NCBI RefSeq assembly: GCF_004010195.1
Contig: NC_057711.1
Location: 75,900,134 to 75,920,133, forward strand
Direction: 5' to 3'
From: Chiloscyllium plagiosum
Taxonomy: Eukaryota
Length of the DNA stretch: 20,000 nucleotides
How positions within the stretch are numbered: position 1 is the stretch's first letter; each line of letters begins with the position of its first letter. The position numbers were made by a program, and so were the translations under genes. Shown here piece by piece: positions 1 to 9,323 of the stretch. The notes beneath the pieces are model-generated. The model did not search any database. It was not told the DNA's origin and saw nothing but the letters and a program-made list of their open reading frames with translations.

Positions 1-50
1 ATGCAACACCATATGTTTATGACTAGTGATTCTTCTACTAGGAAGGTAGC

Positions 51-363
51 TTAGATTAGATTACATTACAATGTGGAAACAGGCCCTTCGGCTCAACAAG
101 TCCACACTGACCCGCTAAAACATAACCCACCCATACCTCTACATTTACTCCTTACCTAACACTACGGGCAATTTAGCATGGCCAATTCACCTGACCTGCA
201 CATCTTTGGACTGTGGGAGGAAATCTGAGCACCCGGAGGAAACCCATGCAGACACGGGGAGAACGTGCAAACTCCACACAGTCAGTCGCCTGAGGCGGGA
301 ATTGAACCTGGGTCTCTGACGCTGTGAGGCAGCAGTGCTAACCGCTGTGCCACCGTGCTGCCC
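51..363 (-). mobile_element. tRNA-derived V-SINE (HE1-like elasmobranch SINE), full length
   Basis: Minus strand begins GGGCAGCACGGTGGCACAGCGGTTAGCACTGC with an A box (342-352) and B box GGTTCAATTCC (298-308). It has a central V-domain-like 'GTGTGGAGTTTGCACGTTCTCCCCGTGTCTGCATGGGTTTCCTCCGGGTGCTC', a CR1-like 3' tail and a (TCTAA)n terminal repeat at 51-62. Confidence 0.9.
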
Positions 364-1286
364 ACTAAGTAGCTGGCCACTTCAGCACAAGACTGTGGGT
401 CCTGGATACATACCAGAATATATTCTTAGCAGCAAACAACATGGTGAGCAGTGGTGGCAAGCTGAAGATTTGCTTTAGCTTTGCTGTGCAGCATGCTGAT
501 CTGCAGTGGTGATTTGAAGACTTATCTACTTACTCATTCAAAACTGTGAGCAGTGCTGTTGAGATAATGTGTACAGATCTGAGGATTTAATGAACCTCAG
601 CCAAGAAAATCTTGGGGCCACAATCAATATTGCAGAATGCTTTAAATTAAGACAAGAAACCTTTCAGAATTGGTAAGAAACGCAAAAAGAGAATAGATGA
701 AGTTTGCAGTTCTGATCAGTGGCACAGGCTGCATCACAAGGTGGTGCTAAGAGTTGTCTGGAGTGACAGATCAGCTGGCCGTTCGAACTGAAGTGAAATA
801 GTCAGAATGAAGCACAGCAAGGTGGGCTAAATGGATAATGCATTTTTCAAGTTGCAGCTCAGATCAGGCATGGCTACCATAGTATGTAGATACCACAAGG
901 TACAGCTAGAAAAGAAACAGAAGGAATAGGGCTTTGTCAGAAACTTGTCCCTGAGTCTGAAATCATGGACTCACTAATTAAAAGTGAATTAGTGTTAGTT
1001 GAGTTAAAAATGTAAGCTGTTCTGATTCAATGGAAATGGTTTGCTAAAATTCCTTACAGCAGTGCAAGTTGAGGAATCTTTTGCGAAAGCCATGAAAAAG
1101 TGGAATCCTTCAGTAAAACCGAGAAGCTAGCAGGAGCCATTCGTTTCAGCCACACATCATGGACATGCTCCAGTTTGGTCACAATTGATAAGAGTACTGT
1201 CTTTTGATTGGATTTTATATTGTGACATGTACTGAGATACATTGAAAAATGTGTTCTGGGCTAATCCAGGCAAATCATGCTATACA

Positions 1287-1948
1287 TGTTGTGAAGGTGT
1301 ACATGTGTACTGTACCTTTAAGACAGAGGAAGCTGACAAGGGCCGACTGAAAGCAGAGTGTATGAACAATTTAAAGTAACCATTTGGTTGACAAAGAACT
1401 GGTGCTGTGTTGCCAGTATGCAAAAACATTCAAATTTGGTCAATCAGTTGAAATTATGCCCCAGAGACCCAAATCCAATCGAATTTGAATTTTGCTGTTT
1501 GGAATGACGTTGAACCAGTGAAATGATCCAATGATTTGAGGTATAAAACTGGACATTTTGAACAGTTAGGGGGAGAACAGCAAAGAGCACCCACAAGTAC
1601 AGACTGCTAGCCGAATAGCTCTCTGTAAGGTACCTGTCCATAAGAAGAAAAGTTATGCAGCAGAAGACCAAAGGAAAATCTACATCTGGCTGGCTTTTTT
1701 TTTTAAACTTAATTTTTTTTTAATCAGACCAGTATTGTAGAGTGGGAGGTAAGAAAAAAAGCTTGAGAAAGGAGTTGTAAATAAGTTGTTTTTAATTATT
1801 GCTTTTGGATTTAAAGAATGCAATTGTTAATTTTTACTTAGTGAGATCTGGAAGATTTCTTTGTCTCTTGAAATTTAACAGATTACGGTGTGAGGTGAGC
1901 TTCTGTGTCTGGTTTAAATTAGCAGAGGGATTACCGTGTGTCATAACA
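1287..1948 (+). mobile_element. Probable solo LTR nested in the LINE 3' UTR
   Basis: Imperfect inverted termini TGTTGTGA...TCATAACA, TATA-like GTATAAAA at 1541-1548 with CCAAT motifs upstream, about 660 bp. No clean TSD is visible. Confidence 0.55.
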
Positions 1949-2269
1949 AGTACATCAGGATTACAGAGCAGAATGTAAAATATAGTCTTATAGCTGAGAG
2001 GAAGGTGCAGAGAAAGATGAACTATAATAAATGAAGTTCATTCATAAGTCTGATACTGGGGAAGAAGCTGTTTTGCAATCTGGCACAATTTTTTTGAAAC
2101 TTTTCTGTTTCTTGTGCCTGATGGAAGAGGTTATAAATTGGTGGGGGTGGTCTTTGTTTATGTTGGCTCCTTTTCCAAGGCAGCAGGAAGTATAGACAGA
2201 GTCAATGGATGGGAGGCTGGTTTGCTTGATGGACTGAGCTGCGTTCACAACTCTGTGCTGAATTTCCAT

Positions 2270-2742
2270 GTTAAAAATCTCAACACCAGGTTATAATCCA
2301 ACAGGCTTAATTGGAAGCACACTAGCTTTCTAATTTAAAAAGTGAGGTAACAGTCTAAACATCATGGCATTGACAGAACACATGGGGCTAACACCTTGAA
2401 CATATTGTCTAGCTATCACCCATTGTTACAGCTAACTTGAAAATGCAACTTTTTAAAAAAGGTTTTGTGATTTACACATGAAAGAAGTGAAACTATCATG
2501 GTATTCGAACAGATGAAAGACTCAACAGACAATCAAGGTATTTTTCAATGTATAATTTCAGTTACGTCACTGTAAATTTTTGCTATAAATTCTGTGCCTT
2601 AGAATTGTCCCCTCCACAATTACCTGATGAAGGAGCAGCACTCCGAAAGCTAGTGTGCTTCCAATTAAACCTGTTGGACTATAATTTGGTGTTGTGATTT
2701 CTAACTTTGTACACCCCAGTCCAACATCAGCATCTCCAAGTC
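2270..2742 (+). mobile_element. Penelope-like element terminus (family A) with inverted partial pseudo-LTR
   Basis: Flanked by the 12-bp direct repeat CTGAATTTCCAT (2258-2269 / 2743-2754). Inverted repeat 2270-2330 / 2645-2705 is followed by a 37-nt unpaired tail (2706-2742). Contains a hammerhead core. Confidence 0.8.
2621..2655 (+). ncRNA. Minimal type I hammerhead ribozyme motif in PLE terminus (intact core)
   Basis: TAC-CTGATGA-A-GGAG cagca CTCC-GAAA-G-CTA-GTG. Stem I is TAC/GTG, stem II is GGAG/CTCC, AGCT is a palindrome in place of stem III, and the NUH triplet is CUA. Confidence 0.65.
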
Positions 2743-3010
2743 CTGAATTTCCATAGCCTTCTGAGGACGCAGAGGTGTTGGTATGGTTTCTTGACTGTCG
2801 TGTTCAGGACAGATTGGTGGTATTTACTTTGGGGAACTGGAAGCTCTCCACTACCTCCCACCTTGCCACCTTTTGATACAGATGAATGACTTTAAATCCA
2901 CTTACCGAAGTTGATGATCAACTAGTTTGTTTCGCTGGCCTCGAAGAGATTGTCTTTACACCATGCCACTAAGTTCTCTTCTCTATCTCTTTCCTGTATT
3001 CTGTCGCGTC

Positions 3011-3749
3011 TGTTTTAAAAAATTCTCCAGGTCAAGGACCAGGCTCGCAGGAAAGTAGTCTGACACAGAACAAACAGCCAAGAGGCGAGTCTGCTAGAAT
3101 ATAAGTGTTTTATTCCCCGCAGCGTCGCCACAACCAGGTCTCGTACTTACAACGGATCTGATTTATACTCACTCTACGTGTTACCGGAACTGGGAGCCGT
3201 CAGTTCTCGTAGAGCGGTTGCCAACAACCCACGCTCGGCGGTTAAACGCAACCCCGGAGCAGACTCTACCGAACTGGAGACTTTTCCAGCTGATATACTC
3301 TTTTCCAGATATAAACATTCATGTGAACAGCAGAGCAAGGCTAAAAAACACATTCCATTCTGGTTACATACAGATAAGAAGATTCACACGGGGAGGTGTG
3401 TAATAAGATTCACACGGGACTAAGCAACACCTCCATTCCGGTTAGATTCACACATGTATTGGGACACAATTTTAACCCTTTCACCACAAACATCAGTCCG
3501 GGAGTGCACTTTGTGCAACATCAGTCCACGAGTGAACGTCTTTTCCAGCTGATATACTCTTTTCCAGATATAAACATTCATGTGAACAGCAGAGCAAGGC
3601 TAAAAAACACATTCCATTCTGGTTACATACAGATAAGAAGATTCACACGGGAAGGTGTATAATAAGATTCACACGGGACTAAGCGACACCTTCCATTTTC
3701 GGTTAGATTCACACATGTATTGGGACACAATTTTAACCCTTTCACCACA
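3011..3749 (-). mobile_element. Young solo LTR (ERV/LTR retrotransposon) with duplicated U3 end
   Basis: TG...CA termini with a perfect 5-bp TSD GCGTC (3006-3010 / 3750-3754). Minus-strand GTATAAA at 3162-3168 and AATAAA at 3109-3114. CpG-rich. Its removal restores the LINE RT reading frame. Confidence 0.85.
3281..3749. repeat. Near-perfect direct repeat of about 210 bp (3281-3488 and 3540-3749) with 51-bp spacer
   Basis: Both copies run from CTTTTCCAGCTGATATACTC to TTTTAACCCTTTCACCACA and differ by only a few substitutions and indels. The motif AGATTCACAC occurs three times per copy. Confidence 0.95.
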
Positions 3750-4845
3750 GCGTCATTGTTTAAAATCTGACCAACTTTGGTGTCATCAGCAAACTTGTAG
3801 TTGGAGTTGAACAGTCATTCAGTGCAAATAAAAATCTACTGAACACATCAGAAAACCATGGCGGCATACTAAATGGTATTACTAGGAATATTTAGTTTCA
3901 GATGAGCACAACAGAATACAAAATTGGACATTCTGGTGAAAACGATTCCATTTGTTTAAAATGGCGTCTAAACATTTGAGTCAGAAGCTGAAGAGAATTT
4001 ACTTCTGTATGCAGTTTATGATCTACACAAATAATTAGGATGGAGCCAAGACTCTGAGCTCTCTGGAGCAAAAGAACTTCACTGGCATTTCTGGTGACTG
4101 GTATGTTAGAAACTGAATGCTTTCATTGTAAAACAATAAGTCACTTCCAGAATGCATGTTGCACTAGGACACAGACATGGAAAAGCAATAAAAACTACCC
4201 CACAGCTAAATGAGAGAGAGCAATATCCAGCTGAATTCAAGCCTAAAATGATTACTAATCTGCTTTTGATTTTTATTGAGCACATATGTATTTTGTTTTG
4301 TGTAGCGTACTTTAGTTGTATGCCTCACTCACGACTCTGTGTGCAGTTCTTTCTGTCAATTTGTCATTATTCTGCATTGTATGGAGTTCAGTGGTTGTGA
4401 TTAGAAGATCCAAATTGTGAGCAAAGTCCTGGCCTTGTGCTTAACTGTTGGTCAGAATGCTCATATTTCTCATTATCCACACCATTCTGTTTAATGAACA
4501 AATTATTTTAAGGTGGACGAACTTTGTTCCACTGCTTGAAGTCTGAATTACAGGTACCATTTGCTGCCTTAAAGCTTCTGATATGTTGTTTAGCATTGTA
4601 CCATGTCGATTCTATGCCAACTATTTTCCCCACAATTGTCTACAAATGCCAGTGGATGCTATCAGTATGCTATTCTTGACATTCAAGTGTTGAATATTCA
4701 AATGGATTGATGTTAACTCTCTTCAGATTTTCAGACTTTTGAAACTGGTGTTTTTTTTAATACTGCTGGCAATCTTCATAGGGCCAGTACAAAAAGGAAG
4801 GCCTGAAGCTTTACCCAGTGCTTCACAAACTGTTTCCAATATGAC

Positions 4846-5005
4846 TAGGAGATAATGAGGACTACAGATGCTGGAGACTGAGTCCAAAAGTGTGGCACTG
4901 GAAAAGCACAGCAGGTCAGGCAGCTTATGCCGATATGTCAATTCTTCTCCTGCTCTTCTGAAGCTGCCTGACCTGCTGTGCTTTTCCAGTGTCACACTTC
5001 TTTCG
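4846..5005. mobile_element. Short fold-back Penelope-like insertion (family C)
   Basis: 39-bp inverted arms at 4888-4926 / 4961-4999 with one mismatch. Flanked by the 17-bp direct repeat ACTGTTTCCAATATGAC (4829-4845 / 5006-5022). Shares 'gact(g/a)cagatgctgga...gaaaagcacagc...caggcagc' with 19785-19870. Confidence 0.75.
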
Positions 5006-5149
5006 ACTGTTTCCAATATGACCCCAACTTATCTTCAGTCAGGATAATTTTCAACTGTTATCAACAAAAACCAAAATGTTACCATGCTATTTCATGTCAT
5101 TCAGTATGCAATTGTGAAAGTTTGATTTATTATATATTTTGTTCTATAT

Positions 5150-5490
5150 TGTTACCGACCAGATAGATCGCAAACCCCCTTCAGATAGATCGCAGAAATG
5201 GGCAAGACCCTAACTTTTTACCTTTTTAAAGGCAAATCTAAAATGCTATACTCTGGATGTGATTTGATTGGTCATTAAATGAAACTCACTTAATTCTTAC
5301 ACTCAATTACAATACAAATAAAAAGAATTGGTCTTTGCGAACTTGACTGCACCCATTCATGCTGCTACTATTGTTATAACTTGAGGAAAAACAACTCAGA
5401 AGCCAGCACTCACCTTTCTGGCCCAACCAAATGACTTCCTGTTTTCTCATTGTAGTCAGTTACTGAAGCATACTTGACTTTCCTGTAACA
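5150..5490. mobile_element. Possible degraded solo LTR
   Basis: Inverted termini TGTTAC...GTAACA and an internal duplication of CAGATAGATCGCA (5160, 5183). No TSD seen. Confidence 0.3.
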
Positions 5491-5961
5491 AATTGGAATG
5501 CAAACATCTTTGGTCCACTCGCTGCTCAACGCATTGAGGCTAAAAAGCCTTTAGGCTTACATTCGCCCCCTGTTTCCTATCAAGTACGCTGAGTCAAAGC
5601 TGTTTGCCCAACGATTGCTCTCCACCATTATGTGCACACTTCAGTCTGAATAGCTTTGTTTGCCACTTATAGTTAGGTTTAAATGAGATATTGCCTGTGA
5701 TAGCAACTGGTTTTGACACTGCTCTCTACAATGAATCCAATGTGTGAAAAATATTCAAGGTCAAAGAAAATATCACTGGTCATTAAGTGAAAGATTTTTT
5801 TCAGTGTAAAACCTGAACAATTATATTTCTAAGCAGCGGTGCAACATCGGATCTAAGAAAAATTGTTGGACATGATAGCTGCTTAAGCTGAGGGTTTCAT
5901 TTGCATGCAATGCAATTTAACAATAGACTGAAGAGTTCATGGTTTTGTCTTTGTTTTCCAG

Positions 5962-6008
5962 GTCAGGTGAGAGTTTACAGAGCTCTGTTTGCATTTGAAC
6001 CCAGAACA
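5962..6008 (+). CDS. OSTF1: OSTF1 internal coding exon (probably exon 2), N-terminal part of SH3 domain: (G)QVRVYRALFAFEPRT
   Basis: Polypyrimidine tract and acceptor 'ttttgtctttgttttccag', 47-bp exon, donor 'gtaagt' at 6009. The translation matches my recollection of vertebrate OSTF1 (GQVKVFRALYTFEPRT). Phase 0 exit joins in frame to 19147. Confidence 0.95.
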
Positions 6009-6588
6009 GTAAGTACTTGTACTGAAAACTATATTGCTGTTGGTAAGTAGCCATGTGATTCCTCGATTAAAGAAATAAGGGAGATAAAAAACAGGAAACG
6101 AGAGGCCAGCTCACCTAAACACCCATGATGGGGAAAAGCTGCAATCTATTACTGAGGAGGTTATAGTGGAGCACTTTGAAACTCTCAATGGAGTCAGGAA
6201 GAGTCAGCATGGTTTTGTAAAAGTGAAACTGTCTGTGACTGGTTTGTTTAAGGAATTAACAAGCAATATGGATAAAGGGGAATTATTGGATGTACTGTTC
6301 TTATTCTCGAGATGTTGGACAAGGTGCTGAATCCCAAGTTGTGACCCAAAATAAGCATGCATAAGTGGCAAGATATCAACACGGATCTAGGAATAGTCAG
6401 GTCATAAGTTGTGGTTGTGCATAAATGGGTCATTTTTGGGTTGGCAGGATATGACAGGTGTTACCACAGCGATCAATGTTTGCCCTCAATTGTTTACAAT
6501 AGAATAAATGAGTTCAAAGTTTGGGTGAAGATTTGTAGCTCGGGTGCTCGTTGCTGTGGTTCTGTTCGCCGAGCTGGAAATTTTTGTT

Positions 6589-6628
6589 GCAAACGTTTCG
6601 TCCCCTGGCTAGGTGACATCCTCAGTGC
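6589..6628 (-). ncRNA. Minimal type I hammerhead ribozyme motif (PLE family B, left arm; intact core)
   Basis: Minus strand GCA-CTGAGGA-T-GTCACCT agcc AGGGGAC-GAAAC-GTT-TGC. Stem I is GCA/TGC, stem II has one mismatch, stem III is the ACGT palindrome, and the triplet is GUU. Confidence 0.7.
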
Positions 6629-7293
6629 TTGGGAGCCTCCTGTGAAGCGCTTCTGTGGTGTTGCCTCCGGCATTTATAGTGGCCTGTCCCTGCCGCTTCC
6701 GGTTGTCAGTTTCAGCTGTCCGCTGTAGTGGCCGGTATATTGGGTCCAGGTCGATGTGTTTGTTGAAGGAGTTTGTGGATGAGTGCCAAGCGTCTAGGAA
6801 TTCCCTGGCTGTTCTTTGTTTCGCTTGCCCTATAATGGTGGTGTTGTCCGAGTCGAATTCATGTTGCTTGTCGTCTGTGTGTGTGGCCACTAGGGATAGC
6901 TGGTCGTGGCGTTTCGTGGCTAGTTGATCATGGATGTGGATCGTTAGCTGTTTGTCCTATTATTTTGTCCTATAACGATCCGCATCCATGAACATCAACC
7001 AGCCACGAAACGCCACGACCAGCTATCCTTGGTAGCCACACACGCGGACGACAAGCAACATGAATTTGACTGGGACAACACTACCATTATAGGGCAAGCC
7101 AAACAAAGAACAGCCAGGGAATTCCTAGAAGCATGGCACTCATCCACAAACGCCATCAACAAACACATCGACCTGGACCCAATATACCGGCCACTACAGC
7201 TGACAGCTGAAACTGACAACCGGAAGCGGCAGGGACAGGCCACTATAAATGCCGGAGGAAACACCACAGAAGCGCTTCACAGGAGGCTCCCAA

Positions 7294-7333
7294 GCACTGA
7301 GGATGTCACCTAGACAGGGGATGAAATGTTTGC
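7294..7333 (+). ncRNA. Hammerhead motif copy (PLE family B, right arm) with CpG decay
   Basis: GCA-CTGAGGA-T-GTCACCT agac AGGGGAT-GAAAT-GTT-TGC. It has two C>T changes at CpG sites relative to the left copy. Confidence 0.55.
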
Positions 7334-7862
7334 AACAAAGATTCCCAGCTCGGCGAACAGAACCACAGCAGAATAAATGAGTTGGATGAAGGGACGATGT
7401 CTGCTTAATTTCCTGGTAATACTTTTCTACATAAATTCGTAAGTTGCAAAAAGGACATAGCAAAAGTTAGGTGGGTTGGCAGAAAATTTGCAAATTAAAT
7501 ATAATGTATGAAAAAGTGGACTTGTCCACTTGAGCAGGCATTATTGAAGGGCATAGCTTTTGAAATTACAGCAGTTGCAGAACTGAAAGGATCTGGGTGT
7601 CCTTGCGCTCGCACACCACAAAACAGTTAGTATGCAAGAACACTAAGCGATTCGGAAAGCAAACAAAACATGATGCTGAATGGTCAGTTTCCTTGTGGAA
7701 GTGATTTGAACTAGGTGACACAGCTTTAAAGTAAAGGGTTTCCTTTTTAAAATGAGATTAACGTTTTGAAGGCCGCGAGTCTTTGGCATGATATTCTCCA
7801 GAAAACAGGGGAGGTTGCATTGTGATTACAAAAGACAGGCAGATAAATCCTTGGCTAACAAG

Positions 7863-8055
7863 ATTAAAAATCTCTCAACACCAGGTTATAATCCAACAGG
7901 TTTATTTAGAACCACTAGCTTTTGGAGGGCTGCTCCAAAGAGCAGCACTCCAAAAGCTAGTGATTCCGAGCTTTCAAATAAACCTGTTGGACGATAACCT
8001 GGTGTTGTGATTTGTAACTTGGTACACACCAGTCCAACACTGGCGCCTCCAAATC
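7863..8055 (+). mobile_element. Short fold-back PLE insertion (family A)
   Basis: Same sequence as the termini of 2270-2742 (aacaccaggttataatccaacagg...aacctgttggac..aacctggtgttgtg, tail ccagtccaacac...ctccaaatc). TSD TTG(G/A)CTAACAAG at 7851-7862 / 8056-8067. Confidence 0.8.
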
Positions 8056-8663
8056 TTGACTAACAAGGGAGTCAGCAGTTGTCAGAGGCCATAATCAGAT
8101 GCTATTACTGAATGGTGAAACAAGCTCCATGTACCAAATGGCCCATTTTGTTGCTAATTTGTGAGAGAATTCTGATCCAAAATAACTTATGTGAATGTTT
8201 CAGGCATTATATACTGTGTTCTTGAAAGCACATTGCCAGCAGCACAGTAGTTGTGACAAAGGTTGTGTATTTTTTATATGTAGTAACTAATTGAGTTTTA
8301 CACTTCATGCATGGCCAAATTTCGTGAAGGGCTTACAGTGCAGTCGAGTAACATCTCATCCAGTCTGGAGGAGAGAAAAGTACAAATTAGGTATTCTTTG
8401 CTTAAATAATACTTGCTACATCTCTAAACCAATACACTAGTTACAAAACACTTAATGAATGCTTAAAATGTGATTACATACAATTTATATATTATGTAAG
8501 TTTGTGTTCTTGACAGTCTCACTTAAGCATTTCAAGTTTAATTCAAAATGAAATTTATGCTCTATTACTTCCTTAGCTATGTGTTAGTTTAATGGATTTT
8601 CTGATTTGCTTTACTCTTAACTGTCGTGCTTTCAGAGTAGAGTATCATGGTTTGGATCTTGAG

Positions 8664-9323
8664 GAGTCAGAGTCATAGAGATGTATAGCATGGAAACAGA
8701 CCCTTTGGTCCAACCCATCCATGCCGACCAGATATCTCAACCCAATCTAATCCCACCTGCCAGCACTCTGCCCATGTTCATCCAAACCCTTCCTATTCAT
8801 ATACCTATCCAAATGCCTTTTAAATGTTGCAATTGTGCCAGCCTCCACTTCCTCTGGCAGCTCATTCCATACACATACCACTCTCTGTTTGAAAAAGTTG
8901 TCCCTTAGGTCACTTTTATATCTTTCCCCACTAATCCTAAACCTATGCCCTCTAGTTCTGGACTCCTCCACACCAGGGAAAAGACTGTCTATTTATTCTA
9001 TCCATGACCCTCATAACCTTGTAAACTTATATGAGGTCACCTCTTAGCCTCTGACACTCCAGGGAAAACAACCCCAGCCTGTTCAGCCTCTCCCAAAAGC
9101 TCAAATCCCCCTACCTTGGCAACATCCTTGTAAATCTTTGCTGAGCCCTTTCAAATTTCACAACATTTTTCCAATAGGAAGGAGACCAGAAATGCATGCA
9201 ATTAACAGTGGCCTAACCAATGCTCTGTACAGCCGCAACATGACCTCCTAACTCCTGTACTCAATACTCTGACCGATAAAGGAAAGCATACCAAATGCCG
9301 CCTTCACTATCCTATTTACCTGC
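8664..9323 (-). mobile_element. CR1-type (HER1-like) LINE 3' end
   Basis: Minus ORF 8747-8971 SRTRGHRFRISGERYKSDLRDNFFKQRVVCVWNELPEEV is the typical CR1 ORF2 C-terminus. The 3' tail 'gggtctgtttccatgctatac...ctatgactc' lies at 8664-8703. Confidence 0.88.

Larger units (their letters stand above)
1203..3824 (-). mobile_element. 5'-truncated, degraded Rex1/Babar-type LINE (RT C-terminal part plus 3'UTR), interrupted by three younger insertions
   Basis: Minus strand YKFADDTKVGQILNNDA (FADD at 3782-3793) continues across the 3011-3749 insertion into TEYRKEIE. ORF 2042-2269 (HRVVNAAQSIKQTSLPSIDSVYTSCCLGKGANI) resembles the Rex1/Babar RT C-terminus. The 3' UTR-like tail ends near 1203. Confidence 0.8.
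6515..7370. mobile_element. Penelope-like retroelement (family B): fold-back insertion with GIY-YIG endonuclease C-terminus on both arms
   Basis: Inverted arms of about 395 bp (6552-6946 / 6973-7370), a 37-nt unpaired tail at 6515-6551, and TSD (A)GAATAAATGAGTT (6501-6514 / 7370-7383). The translation TIRIHEHQPATKRHDQLSLVATHADDKQHEFDWDNTTIIGQAKQRTAREFLEAWHS...INKHIDLDPIY is typical of the PLE GIY-YIG domain C-terminus. Confidence 0.9.
6075..8160 (+). mobile_element. Old degraded CR1-type LINE remnant, interrupted by two PLE insertions
   Basis: SQHGF RT motif (agtcagcatggtttt, 6202-6216), CR1-like 'ggatctgggtgtccttg' near 7590 and a 3'-end-like sequence near 8130-8150. Many stops and frameshifts. 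Confidence 0.65.

Noticed and set aside
290..363. tRNA gene
   Set aside because: The A and B boxes belong to the tRNA-derived head of the SINE and run directly into the V-domain; I cannot build a full cloverleaf.
3178..3662. ORFs with repeated peptide RLFQLIYSFPDINIHVNSR
   Set aside because: The peptide repeat only reflects the 210-bp DNA duplication within the solo LTR.
3281..3749. Repeat-spacer-repeat layout suggesting CRISPR or a composite transposon
   Set aside because: Only two 210-bp units in a eukaryotic intron, bounded by LTR termini and a TSD, with no cas genes.
1..5961. OSTF1 first coding exon (MSKPPPKP...) and promoter
   Set aside because: No matching sequence or gene-associated CpG island found. 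The CpG-rich 3000-3280 stretch belongs to the LTR, so exon 1 is presumably upstream of the window.
6411..7463. Cluster of overlapping ORFs on both strands
   Set aside because: These are mirror translations of the inverted PLE arms. Only the GIY-YIG C-terminal frame is meaningful, and it is 5'-truncated and non-functional.
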